A stretch of 64,000 nt of DNA, taken from contig JACPHP010000001.1 of NCBI GenBank assembly GCA_016188605.1, positions 1,327 to 65,326 of the forward strand, read 5' to 3'. Origin of the DNA: Candidatus Spechtbacteria bacterium. Its GTDB lineage: Bacteria; Patescibacteriota; Minisyncoccia; Spechtbacterales; JACPHP01. The stretch's first letter is position 1. Every line of letters begins with the position of its first letter. The notes under the pieces were generated by a model that saw only the letters and a program-made list of their open reading frames with translations, ran no database searches and had not been told where the DNA came from. This document shows, piece by piece, positions 38,782-46,676 of this stretch. The position numbers and the translations under genes were made by a program.

Positions 38782-40347
38782 TTATTCTCTTCTTAGTATC
38801 TCTCCCGCTCGATTCGTCGTCGTCTTTCCATCTCGCACCGCTACTTCGCCATTGACGATAACCCAATTTATACCAGATGGGTATTGATAAGGATTTTGAA
38901 AAGTCGCGTTATCTTTTATTTTCTTTGGATTAAATATCACTATGTCAGCATAAGCGCCTTTTTCAATTTTTCCGCGATTCTTTAAACCTATTTTTTGCGC
39001 AGGGCCGTATGTCGCCTTGTAGATGGCTTGTTCCCATGTCAGCAGATTGTTTTCTTGAATATATCGCGAAAAATATCTTGGAAATGCTCCAAATGATCGC
39101 GGATGAACGAGTTTCCCTGACTTGCCGTCAGAATGTAGATATCCGATACCATCGGACGATGTAAAAGAATAAGGATTCTGTACTGCTTGCATAATATTTG
39201 CCTCCGAAAGTGTGGTCGTAAATACTGATACGCGTCCTTCCGACGCCGAAAGCATATTGAGTACCGCATCTTCAATGGAGGTTTCCTGATTTTTGGCAAT
39301 CTCTTTTATGGTTCGGCCAATAAACGTAGGGTCAAGGTTAGCAGATGCGATAACCATTCTATCGTACTGATGCGGATCTTGCCGCATTTCCTGCACAAGG
39401 CGTTTGCGTATCACAGAATCTTGAATACGCTCAAGCATTTTTTTCTTTCCGCCTTCAGCAACCCAATCGGGAAGAAATATATAGAGTACAGATAAAGTCG
39501 TTGTATACGGATAAAGGTCAAAATTTACAAACACTCCCTGCGACCGAGCTTCTGTTATCATATCAATTGCTTTTGAAAAATTTGACCAGAATGTTTCTCC
39601 CATCGCTTTGAAATGGGATATTTCAAGATGTACTGTGTTGCGGCTGGCTGAATCAAGCGCTTCTTCCACCGCCGGAATTAAATGTTCTCCTTCGTCGCGT
39701 AGGTGCGCGCTATAAAGGCCATCATATTTTTTTACCACATCGAGCAACGCGTCAATTTCTGACGCTGACGCAATTTTGGCATGCGAATAAGCAAAACCGG
39801 TTGAAAGACCAAACGCGCCTTCGTTCATAGCATTATCCAGCAGGAATTGCATTTGTTTTATTTCATGACTATTAGCTTCGCGAAAACTATCACCAAGAAT
39901 ACCGCGACGGAGCGTTGAGTGACCAACAAGAGTGCCGACATTGATACGCAGATGATGATGATCTAATTCCGCAAGATACTCACCCATCGACATCCAGTTG
40001 ACATTTAACAGTGACGGATCAGCCCATTTTTGTACCATCATAATAACACCGGGGTTCGTTAACGGCGCGAGTGACGTGCCGCAATTGCCCATCAGGATGG
40101 TTGTTATACCCTGTTGAACAAGACTATTCTGGCCAGCGTTGGAAAATAACGTTAAATAGACGTCGGAATGATTAAGAATATCTACGAATCCGGGGACGAC
40201 GAAATTATTTTGCGCGTTAATGACACGTTCATTGTTATGCTCGTGAAGATTTCCAATTTCATGGATAAGATTTTTCTCAATTCTAATATCAGCTTCGTAT
40301 CGAGGCTGTTGCATGCCATCTATAATTATGCAATTTTTGATGAGCAT
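38782..40347 (-). CDS. amidohydrolase-superfamily protein, N-acyl-D-amino-acid deacylase (D-aminoacylase)-like; occupies the usual murD slot between mraY and ftsW
   Basis: 521 aa. N-terminal VVPGFVDILNHSD metal-binding segment. Overall D-aminoacylase-like architecture. Confidence 0.65.
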   Translation of the reverse strand: MLIKNCIIIDGMQQPRYEADIRIEKNLIHEIGNLHEHNNERVINAQNNFVVPGFVDILNHSDVYLTLFSNAGQNSLVQQGITTILMGNCGTSLAPLTNPGVIMMVQKWADPSLLNVNWMSMGEYLAELDHHHLRINVGTLVGHSTLRRGILGDSFREANSHEIKQMQFLLDNAMNEGAFGLSTGFAYSHAKIASASEIDALLDVVKKYDGLYSAHLRDEGEHLIPAVEEALDSASRNTVHLEISHFKAMGETFWSNFSKAIDMITEARSQGVFVNFDLYPYTTTLSVLYIFLPDWVAEGGKKKMLERIQDSVIRKRLVQEMRQDPHQYDRMVIASANLDPTFIGRTIKEIAKNQETSIEDAVLNMLSASEGRVSVFTTTLSEANIMQAVQNPYSFTSSDGIGYLHSDGKSGKLVHPRSFGAFPRYFSRYIQENNLLTWEQAIYKATYGPAQKIGLKNRGKIEKGAYADIVIFNPKKIKDNATFQNPYQYPSGINWVIVNGEVAVRDGKTTTNRAGEILRRE

Positions 40348-40354
40348 AAATTTA

Positions 40355-40468
40355 ATCTAAAATCTCAAATGGCAAATCTTAAATCTACATCGCAAATCTT
40401 AAAGCTTCAGTCGTAATTTTTAGATTTAAGTTTTAGTTTTGCGATTTGCGATTGGAGTTTTGACATTT
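40355..40468. repeat. palindromic heptamer array (caaatct / agatttg arms)
   Basis: aaaatctcaaatggcaaatcttaaatctacatcgcaaatcttaaag ... tagatttaagttttagttttgcgatttgcgattggagttttgacattt. Confidence 0.7.
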
Positions 40469-40470
40469 AT

Positions 40471-41619
40471 TTAATGGAAGCTAAGCCAAATTGCTGTCAT
40501 TGAAAAAAGCGAAGCTACAGCCCATGCGTACATCACTATAGTCGCCTCGCTCCAACCTGTAATTTCAAGGTGATGATGTAACGGGGCCATTGCAAGCAAT
40601 CTATGTCCGAATAATACACGCCACGCGACTTGAATGAGAACTGATACGATTTCAATAACGAATATTCCTCCTATGATTGGCAAAAGCACTACCCTGTCTA
40701 ACGCAAACGCAATCGCGGTAAGCATTACCCCCATTCCAAGCGATGCCACGTCTCCCATTTGATATCGTGCGGGTTTGATATTAAATAGTAAATAGCCAAG
40801 CAGTGCGCCTATCGTTACCGCAATCAGGAAAATGAAATCTGTGTTTCTATGTTGGAGCGCTACGATAAAAAACGCGCTGTAGGATAGCAGTAATGTCCCA
40901 GCAGATAGCCCGTCAATGCCGTCGGTAATGTTTACAGCATTAGACATAAACATAACCAGGAAAATAATTAAAGGAACAATCATCCAGCCCAGATCATATG
41001 AACCATGCCATGGAATCCAGATTGACGTCCAGCTAAGCTTAAATGAAAGCCACCAGGCAATAATGCATCCTATAATGAATTGTACCAAAATTTTCTCATG
41101 AGCCTGAATGCCACTGCCGGGATGCGATCCCAGAAGATAGAAAAATCTTTTATACGCGTACCACGGCAATAACAGTACATACCATACGCGAGCTAAAATA
41201 TTTTTGTGGACGCGTATAAGCGTCCAAACTTTTCCAAGCGTACGCACGGGGCGGGTTTTTGTATAAAAGATATTCAGCAGGTCGTCCAAACCACCCAAAG
41301 CAGCTGACAACAGTAGCACTCCTATTGGTACATATGTCGTCTCACGATGCCAATTAAACATCGTTGTGAGCACCGCGATAACGCTAACAATTATAATGCC
41401 TCCCATGATTGGTGTACCTATTTTTGCCTCGCGCCCGGCAATTAACGATGAAAAATCGTGTTCATCTCGTCGAGTTATGTGTAATTTTTTAAGAAGCGCG
41501 ATAAGCGGAATTGAGCCTATGACGGTTAAAGCGAATGCCGTGAAAAAAAATGCAAAAATAGAATCCGGAAATGAAGTAAAAATCATACTTACAAGTACAG
41601 CGGACGATATAGACCACAT
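40471..41619 (-). CDS. mraY: phospho-N-acetylmuramoyl-pentapeptide transferase
   Basis: Motifs GTPIMGG and NAVNITDGIDGLSAG. Confidence 0.85.
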   Translation of the reverse strand: MWSISSAVLVSMIFTSFPDSIFAFFFTAFALTVIGSIPLIALLKKLHITRRDEHDFSSLIAGREAKIGTPIMGGIIIVSVIAVLTTMFNWHRETTYVPIGVLLLSAALGGLDDLLNIFYTKTRPVRTLGKVWTLIRVHKNILARVWYVLLLPWYAYKRFFYLLGSHPGSGIQAHEKILVQFIIGCIIAWWLSFKLSWTSIWIPWHGSYDLGWMIVPLIIFLVMFMSNAVNITDGIDGLSAGTLLLSYSAFFIVALQHRNTDFIFLIAVTIGALLGYLLFNIKPARYQMGDVASLGMGVMLTAIAFALDRVVLLPIIGGIFVIEIVSVLIQVAWRVLFGHRLLAMAPLHHHLEITGWSEATIVMYAWAVASLFSMTAIWLSFH

Positions 41620-42359
41620 GCTACCTCCTGGCCCGATATAAACCCGCGTTGCTGGTTAATTGTGCGTGATGTGTTGGGCCACTCTTCCCAATGCTGTTCA
41701 ACCAAAGGCAACGATTCATTCGTGATAGTTATTTTTCCTTCTTTTATTCCCTCGCCAGTTTCTTCACGTACCGATTGAGCGTATTCCACGGAAATCAACT
41801 TATCGTTATTATCTCGTTCAGTTTTTATAACAAGTATGGCATGGTCAACTTCAGCGACAAATCTAATCAAGTCGCCGGGCTGCAATTCTTGCCAATTCTT
41901 TAATTCCCTAGCATTTTGTAGATCGGTAAGCGTTGCAACACCGATGTGCGTGAATGGGCGTAAATAAATTGCGATTTTTGCAAATAAGCCAGACTGCGGG
42001 AATTGCAAAACTTCATATACGCGCTTGCTCTTACTTTGACGCGTCCAAGCATCAAATATATGGGCGATAAAACCGGAGCATTCCACGCCGAGCCGCCTCT
42101 TTCTCATTATATCACGAACTTCATCTTCTTCCATTGAGGAAAAGTTTTTATGCTCAAGGCGCTCAATTATTTTGAGTTCGTCTTCAATCTCTTGAGGAGA
42201 CCCTTTGCCGGAAAAAGCGTTCAAGCCCCAGCGCTCCTTACCACTGCGAGGATTGCGATAATAAGGGCAACGGACTGCCCTGTTGTCACCTATGTTGAGA
42301 TGTTTATAGCGCTCTATAACGTCTAGAGCTGGTTGAGGGATACTTACAATTGTATTCAT
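41589..42359 (-). CDS. hypothetical protein, possible Cys/His hydrolase (ECSGFIAHIF ... EVDHAILV)
   Basis: 256 aa. Candidate catalytic Cys and His in a papain-like spacing. Family not confidently assigned. Confidence 0.45.
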   Translation of the reverse strand: MNTIVSIPQPALDVIERYKHLNIGDNRAVRCPYYRNPRSGKERWGLNAFSGKGSPQEIEDELKIIERLEHKNFSSMEEDEVRDIMRKRRLGVECSGFIAHIFDAWTRQSKSKRVYEVLQFPQSGLFAKIAIYLRPFTHIGVATLTDLQNARELKNWQELQPGDLIRFVAEVDHAILVIKTERDNNDKLISVEYAQSVREETGEGIKEGKITITNESLPLVEQHWEEWPNTSRTINQQRGFISGQEVACGLYRPLYL

Positions 42360-42368
42360 ATGTTTACT

Positions 42369-42455
42369 ATCAACGAATAACGAATCCTTTACGAATAAAC
42401 GAATTGGCTGTAGCGGAGTATTCGTATATTCGTACGCTATTCGTTATTCGTTGAT
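42369..42455. mobile_element. MITE family A copy 8
   Basis: atcaacgaataacgaat ... attcgttattcgttgat. The right TIR supplies ...I-I-N-E-stop of the ATP-grasp gene. Confidence 0.8.
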
Positions 42456-43673
42456 GATATATTCTTGCACCCTATATAGCTCCTCATTCACCCCTACCAC
42501 TTTCATACGCGAAGTAACAATTCCTTCACCTAAGGGCAGCTGAATTTCCGAAACCAGCACTTCATTCTGTAGTTTATTGCGATACAGCACTTGCCGTACC
42601 TTACCACGCAAGACAAGCGGCGGTAAGTCCCCGTTCGACAAGCTCAGGGCAAGCTCCTTTTTCGGCTCGAATCCTGGCTCCAGCATGTCGTTAATAAACA
42701 ATAGAATTAGAGGGGTTTTATTTATGGCTCGATGCAGTTTTGCTTCAAATGAAATGCTAGCTGGCTGATGCGTGTTTACTTCAATAAAGTATACTTTACC
42801 AGTGCTTTTTTCTGCCACAGCGTCAATGCCAAAAAGGCCATTGTAGCCCTTAGCATGCATCGCGGTTCCTACGTTTCTCGCCATCACGCCGATAGCTTCT
42901 ATTTGACTTTGCGAAAGTTCTTCGGACACGATGCCGAAATCGTTTCCCACGGTTGATGACGGATTGTTTGTTGCTTCAGGTAGTCCGGTAAGCTGTTTGC
43001 TGATAGAGCCCGTATAGACCGTGCCATTTTTTGCTGCAAACGCATTAAGAGTGTAAGTATTTCCCGTGATGAATTGCGCGATCCTTACTTCCCTATTCGG
43101 GAATTTTTCCGCGTGCGGAGTAAGATCTTCGATTGACTGCAAAATAAACGTCCCTCCTCCGCTGTGGCCGATATTATACTGGGCAACTAACGGTAACGGC
43201 ATTTTTGCAATAACTTTGGTTGCTTGCGACAATGTTGTAATAATAGTTGGCGGAAACTCAATGCTATCTTTAAGATGTTGATATTGGGTTATTTTATCTT
43301 CAAAAAGAGTTGCTAAATCCGCGCGCGGCGCCATAAGTTGCCAGCTGTTCTTTTGGCATTCTTGCTCGATAGGCTCGGAGGTTTTTAGTACAAGAATGTT
43401 TGATTGCTGTCCGGCCGACAAATCATCAATATATTTTATAACGCAGGTTAACTTCGCCACGCCATAAGTGCCAGCGCGCAGATTATCTTCCCAATTTTTG
43501 TCAACACAATCGCGTTCCAGAATAAACATTTTTGTGCCCCTTGCCTCCAAGTCATCTGTAAAAGCGCTTTTATATGGACAAATAATAGCGTAGTTAGCCA
43601 AATCATCCTCAACGCCGGTTGCGCGTTCAGGGTCAAGGGCGAGATAGAAAATTTTGTTATTCCCTATTGACAT
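42444..43673 (-). CDS. ATP-grasp domain protein (peptide/amino-acid ligase-like)
   Basis: ATP-grasp C-terminal motifs GLFGIDAV and YFIEVNTHQPASISFEA. Start taken at Met29 (43673), because the first 28 track codons lie in a tataat-rich spacer. Confidence 0.65.
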   Translation of the reverse strand: MSIGNNKIFYLALDPERATGVEDDLANYAIICPYKSAFTDDLEARGTKMFILERDCVDKNWEDNLRAGTYGVAKLTCVIKYIDDLSAGQQSNILVLKTSEPIEQECQKNSWQLMAPRADLATLFEDKITQYQHLKDSIEFPPTIITTLSQATKVIAKMPLPLVAQYNIGHSGGGTFILQSIEDLTPHAEKFPNREVRIAQFITGNTYTLNAFAAKNGTVYTGSISKQLTGLPEATNNPSSTVGNDFGIVSEELSQSQIEAIGVMARNVGTAMHAKGYNGLFGIDAVAEKSTGKVYFIEVNTHQPASISFEAKLHRAINKTPLILLFINDMLEPGFEPKKELALSLSNGDLPPLVLRGKVRQVLYRNKLQNEVLVSEIQLPLGEGIVTSRMKVVGVNEELYRVQEYIINE

Positions 43674-43746
43674 ATAATTATAATATATGGTATATAAAAA
43701 AAATAATCGGGAGTATCGCAATATATTCCTTAAAGGAGGAATAAGA

Positions 43747-43941
43747 GTGGTTGACATCGGTGAAGTAATCTATCTTGCTATTGCGGTATTTATTGGTTGT
43801 GCGTTCGGAAACTTTGTGGAAAGCTCTTCTAGAACGGGAAGCTCTTCTAGAAGTCGTGCGTTCGAGCGCAGTCTCTTTCAATTTGTAGCATTATTTTGTT
43901 TTGTCTTGTCCATCGTACTTGTCTACCTCATCCGTGTATAA
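43747..43941 (+). CDS. small two-TM protein (GTG start, strong SD AAGGAGG) containing a tandem 17-bp repeat
   Basis: aaaggaggaataagaGTG. Encodes VVDIGEVIYLAIAVFIGCAFGNFVESSSRTGSSSRSRAFERSLFQFVALFCFVLSIVLVYLIRV. Tandem agctcttctagaa x2 inside. Confidence 0.4.
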   Translation: MVDIGEVIYLAIAVFIGCAFGNFVESSSRTGSSSRSRAFERSLFQFVALFCFVLSIVLVYLIRV

Positions 43942-44793
43942 TAAATCCGTCATTAGACACACCGACTGCCCAGCTTCACCAAGAGGCTGGGCTTTTTCTT
44001 TCCATTTTAGAAATCCCGCGAATGCCAAAACGCTTTGCCAACCTGGCTTAAACTCACAGCCCTCAAAGTACTTCGCGGCATTTTCCAGTTCTTGATTGAA
44101 AATAACATAGCCATTGCCACCGGTTGCGCGGACAATATTCGCAACTGTTTTTTTGCGAGGTGCTACGCGGTCTACGATTGCCGTGGCCAAACTTTCTTTT
44201 TCTTCTATAAAATCTTTGCTAAATTCTTGCGCTATCGTGTGCACCTTGCTTGTTTGTACTATATGAAGTTCCGGAACCTCACATCCAAGGACTTTATATC
44301 CATTGTATATTCCCTGCAAGGTTGCGCCTGAGCTAGTAGGTATAAAAATGCGTTTCGTATCGGGCAACTGATCGCGTAGCTCAAACGAGATTGTTTTATA
44401 TCCCTCAATCCCCTCCTCATGCTTTGACGCGAGCAGATTAGGAATATTGTTCTTTTGGCTGAATTGTACGGATTCCTTGCGCGGAAGCGCGCTCTGGTAT
44501 ATCTGGATGTTGTCAAAAGATTGAAGGCGTGCTAGTTTTTCTTTGGCAAGCTTGGTGCTAATAAAAACATGCAGGCGGATATTTGCTAGCTTGCAATATG
44601 CCGCCGCGGAAATAGCGGAATTTCCGGACGAGGCAATAGCGAGCTCTTTTACGCCATTCATACGACAAAGCGAAATCCAATACGCGAAAGATCGATCTTT
44701 GTGCGTACCAGTGGGGTTGCGAAATTCAAGTTTTCCCCACACCGAAATATCCCCAATTGACTGCGTTTTTTGCAGACTATATACTGGGGTCAT
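43891..44793 (-). CDS. threonine synthase-like PLP-dependent enzyme (fold type II)
   Basis: GEGMTPVYSL...GKLEFRNPTGTHKDRS...ASSGNSAISAAAYC aligns with the ThrC N-terminus and PLP-Lys motif. Start taken at the internal Met (44793) so the gene does not overlap the divergent Zn-ribbon gene. Confidence 0.65.
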   Translation of the reverse strand: MTPVYSLQKTQSIGDISVWGKLEFRNPTGTHKDRSFAYWISLCRMNGVKELAIASSGNSAISAAAYCKLANIRLHVFISTKLAKEKLARLQSFDNIQIYQSALPRKESVQFSQKNNIPNLLASKHEEGIEGYKTISFELRDQLPDTKRIFIPTSSGATLQGIYNGYKVLGCEVPELHIVQTSKVHTIAQEFSKDFIEEKESLATAIVDRVAPRKKTVANIVRATGGNGYVIFNQELENAAKYFEGCEFKPGWQSVLAFAGFLKWKEKAQPLGEAGQSVCLMTDLLYTDEVDKYDGQDKTK

Positions 44794-44868
44794 TCCCTCT
44801 CCCAAGGAGGATTTACAACCATCCGGGATGGGCGGAGAAAACAAATCATTAAAGTCCCAAAATATCAT

Positions 44869-45031
44869 GAAAGTAAAATGCCAAGAATGTAAAAATGAAA
44901 AAGCGTTAGACGACTTTGACGCGCAAGCAGGCAACTGGTTTGAGTGCGACTATTGTGGCACTACCTACGAGATTGTCGATATTGACGAAGACGGTGAGCC
45001 GCAGCTGCAAATGATTGAGGAGGAAAAATAA
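44869..45031 (+). CDS. LysW-like zinc-ribbon protein (54 aa, CxxC-x17-CxxC followed by acidic tail)
   Basis: MKVKCQECKNEKALDDFDAQAGNWFECDYCGTTYEIVDIDEDGEPQLQMIEEEK. Has the G-x-x-Y-E-[IV]-V motif after the second CxxC, like amino-group carrier protein LysW, but the C-terminus is EEEK rather than EDWGE. Confidence 0.5.
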
Positions 45032-45099
45032 GTATCTAGTCTTACCGGGGCATCTCAATATGAGGTGCCTTTTGTTTTATAATCAGGTGTTATCTGGTT

Positions 45100-45295
45100 T
45101 CAAAATTTTCAATGGTTATGTTTTCAGCCATAGCAAGAAATACAAAAAAATGTATTTCTACGTTTAACAAAAATTACAACAAAATGTAATTTTACGCTAA
45201 GGCTGATCCCCGCCAGAGGCGGGCAGGCGTCTCAGGCGGAGAAAATTTAGTAATTGTAAATTTATTGAAAATTGTTAAATTGAAAATTGATCATT
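45100..45295. repeat. spacer filled with heptamer repeats (ttgaaaattg units) and a long-variant REP-like element
   Basis: ttcaaaattttcaatgg...gtaattgtaaatttattgaaaattgttaaattgaaaattgatcat. The same ttgaaaattg motif follows R8 at 27400..27455. Confidence 0.6.
45196..45246 (+). mobile_element. REP-like element long variant copy R9
   Basis: gctaaggctgatccccgccagaggcgggcaggcgtctcaggcggagaaaattt, the reverse complement of the 21367 copy. Confidence 0.65.
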
Positions 45296-46630
45296 TTTCT
45301 GTTTTATAGTTCTTATTGTCTCCTCTATCATCCCCCTAAACCCTTTTTGGCTCATGAAAACAACACAGCCAAAGATATCCCGTTTCCTCCAACCAACTAC
45401 AATTTTTTTAATTTGCGAAATTACCTCCTCGTCTTCCGTTATAAATTGTACGCGCTTGTAATCTTTTTGAATTTTCCGCGCAAGCTTTTTATTAAACTCT
45501 TGTGATTCAGCCGAAGTGCCGCTCAAGCGAGGCAGTAAGACATAATCCGCCTTCGCAAAACATTTGTGGTATTCTTTTTGCTTCAGCGCCAAATCGCTTC
45601 TATTTCCCGGTTCGTATATTGCGATTATAGATTTGCAAGGAAATTGCGCGCGGATTGCTTCAAGCGCCCCCTCAACTTTTTCCGGAGAATGGGCGTTGTC
45701 GTCTATCACTACTATGTTTTTGTCCTGGTAGCGCACTTCCTGGCGGCGTTTAATGCCCTTAAAAGTTCGCAGCGCTCTCTTTATTTGTTTATCTTCTATT
45801 CCTATCTGTTTGGCTAGCGCCACGACCGAACCAATATTCTCTTTCCATGCCGCGCCCAAAAAGGGAGGGGTAAAGCCTTCGGCGCTATTTTCATCGTACC
45901 AGCAAATTTGTGCTTTTGCACCATTTAGAACCTCTTGGGCATTCTCTCCCCTTCTATTGGCAATAATCACGCCATTTTTAGGCATTTTTAGGGCAAGCTT
46001 ATGGAATGTATTTATATAAGAACTCTTGGTCGGAAACATATCCATGTGGTCCCAGGTGGCACCCGTGAGAATAAGATATTTGGGGTGATAAGCCAAAAAT
46101 CGCGATGTTTTCTTCCAATTTGCGATGGGATATTCATCACCCTCAAGAACCGACCACTTGCTATCCGTGCTGCGGATGCCGTCGGTGAAGTTTTTGGCAA
46201 TGCCGCCTATCATAAAACTGGGATTGAATTTGGCGACTTCGAGCAGCCACGCAACGAGTGACGTTACAGAAGTTTTGCCGCACGATCCTGCCACAACAAT
46301 AGAATTTTCTTTTTCTATTAGTTCTGGTAAAACTTCGCCATATGTCTTGTAGGGAATCTTATTTTTTATAGCATAGGCAAGTTCGGGATTCTTTTTGCTA
46401 ATGAACGCCATAACTAGCACAAGATCGGGCCTTTGGCTAAGATGTTTTTCTTTGTAGCCAGGCATAATTGCAATGCCATTTTTCTTCAAATAGGTACTCA
46501 TGGGCGGGAAAAACGCGCGATCGGAACCAGTCACTTTCCAGCCAAGTTTTTTATACAAAACAGCCAGAGGTGCCATTGTCACCCCAGAAATGCCTATAAA
46601 ATGAATGTGTTTTTGAGTTTCTTTGGTCAT
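45275..46630 (-). CDS. Mur ligase of the MurC/Mpl subfamily (UDP-MurNAc--L-Ala ligase or UDP-MurNAc:tripeptide ligase)
   Basis: IHFIGISGVTMAPLAV...VTGSDRAFFPPMSTYLKKNGIAIMPGY...VAGSCGKTS...LEGDEY...TWDHMDMF. The GSD-x-x-x-PPMST and EGDEY...DH motifs resemble Mpl more than canonical MurC. Confidence 0.75.
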   Translation of the reverse strand: MTKETQKHIHFIGISGVTMAPLAVLYKKLGWKVTGSDRAFFPPMSTYLKKNGIAIMPGYKEKHLSQRPDLVLVMAFISKKNPELAYAIKNKIPYKTYGEVLPELIEKENSIVVAGSCGKTSVTSLVAWLLEVAKFNPSFMIGGIAKNFTDGIRSTDSKWSVLEGDEYPIANWKKTSRFLAYHPKYLILTGATWDHMDMFPTKSSYINTFHKLALKMPKNGVIIANRRGENAQEVLNGAKAQICWYDENSAEGFTPPFLGAAWKENIGSVVALAKQIGIEDKQIKRALRTFKGIKRRQEVRYQDKNIVVIDDNAHSPEKVEGALEAIRAQFPCKSIIAIYEPGNRSDLALKQKEYHKCFAKADYVLLPRLSGTSAESQEFNKKLARKIQKDYKRVQFITEDEEVISQIKKIVVGWRKRDIFGCVVFMSQKGFRGMIEETIRTIKQKNDQFSI

Positions 46631-46676
46631 CTTTATCGGGTAGTCTATAGAAGCACGGCTTCTATACTCGCGCTTA

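Noticed and set aside
44866-44871. Shared palindromic CATG start for divergent ThrC-like and Zn-ribbon genes
   Set aside because: Would leave no promoter space. An internal Met (44793) matches the ThrC alignment better, so the overlap is probably an ORF-calling artefact.
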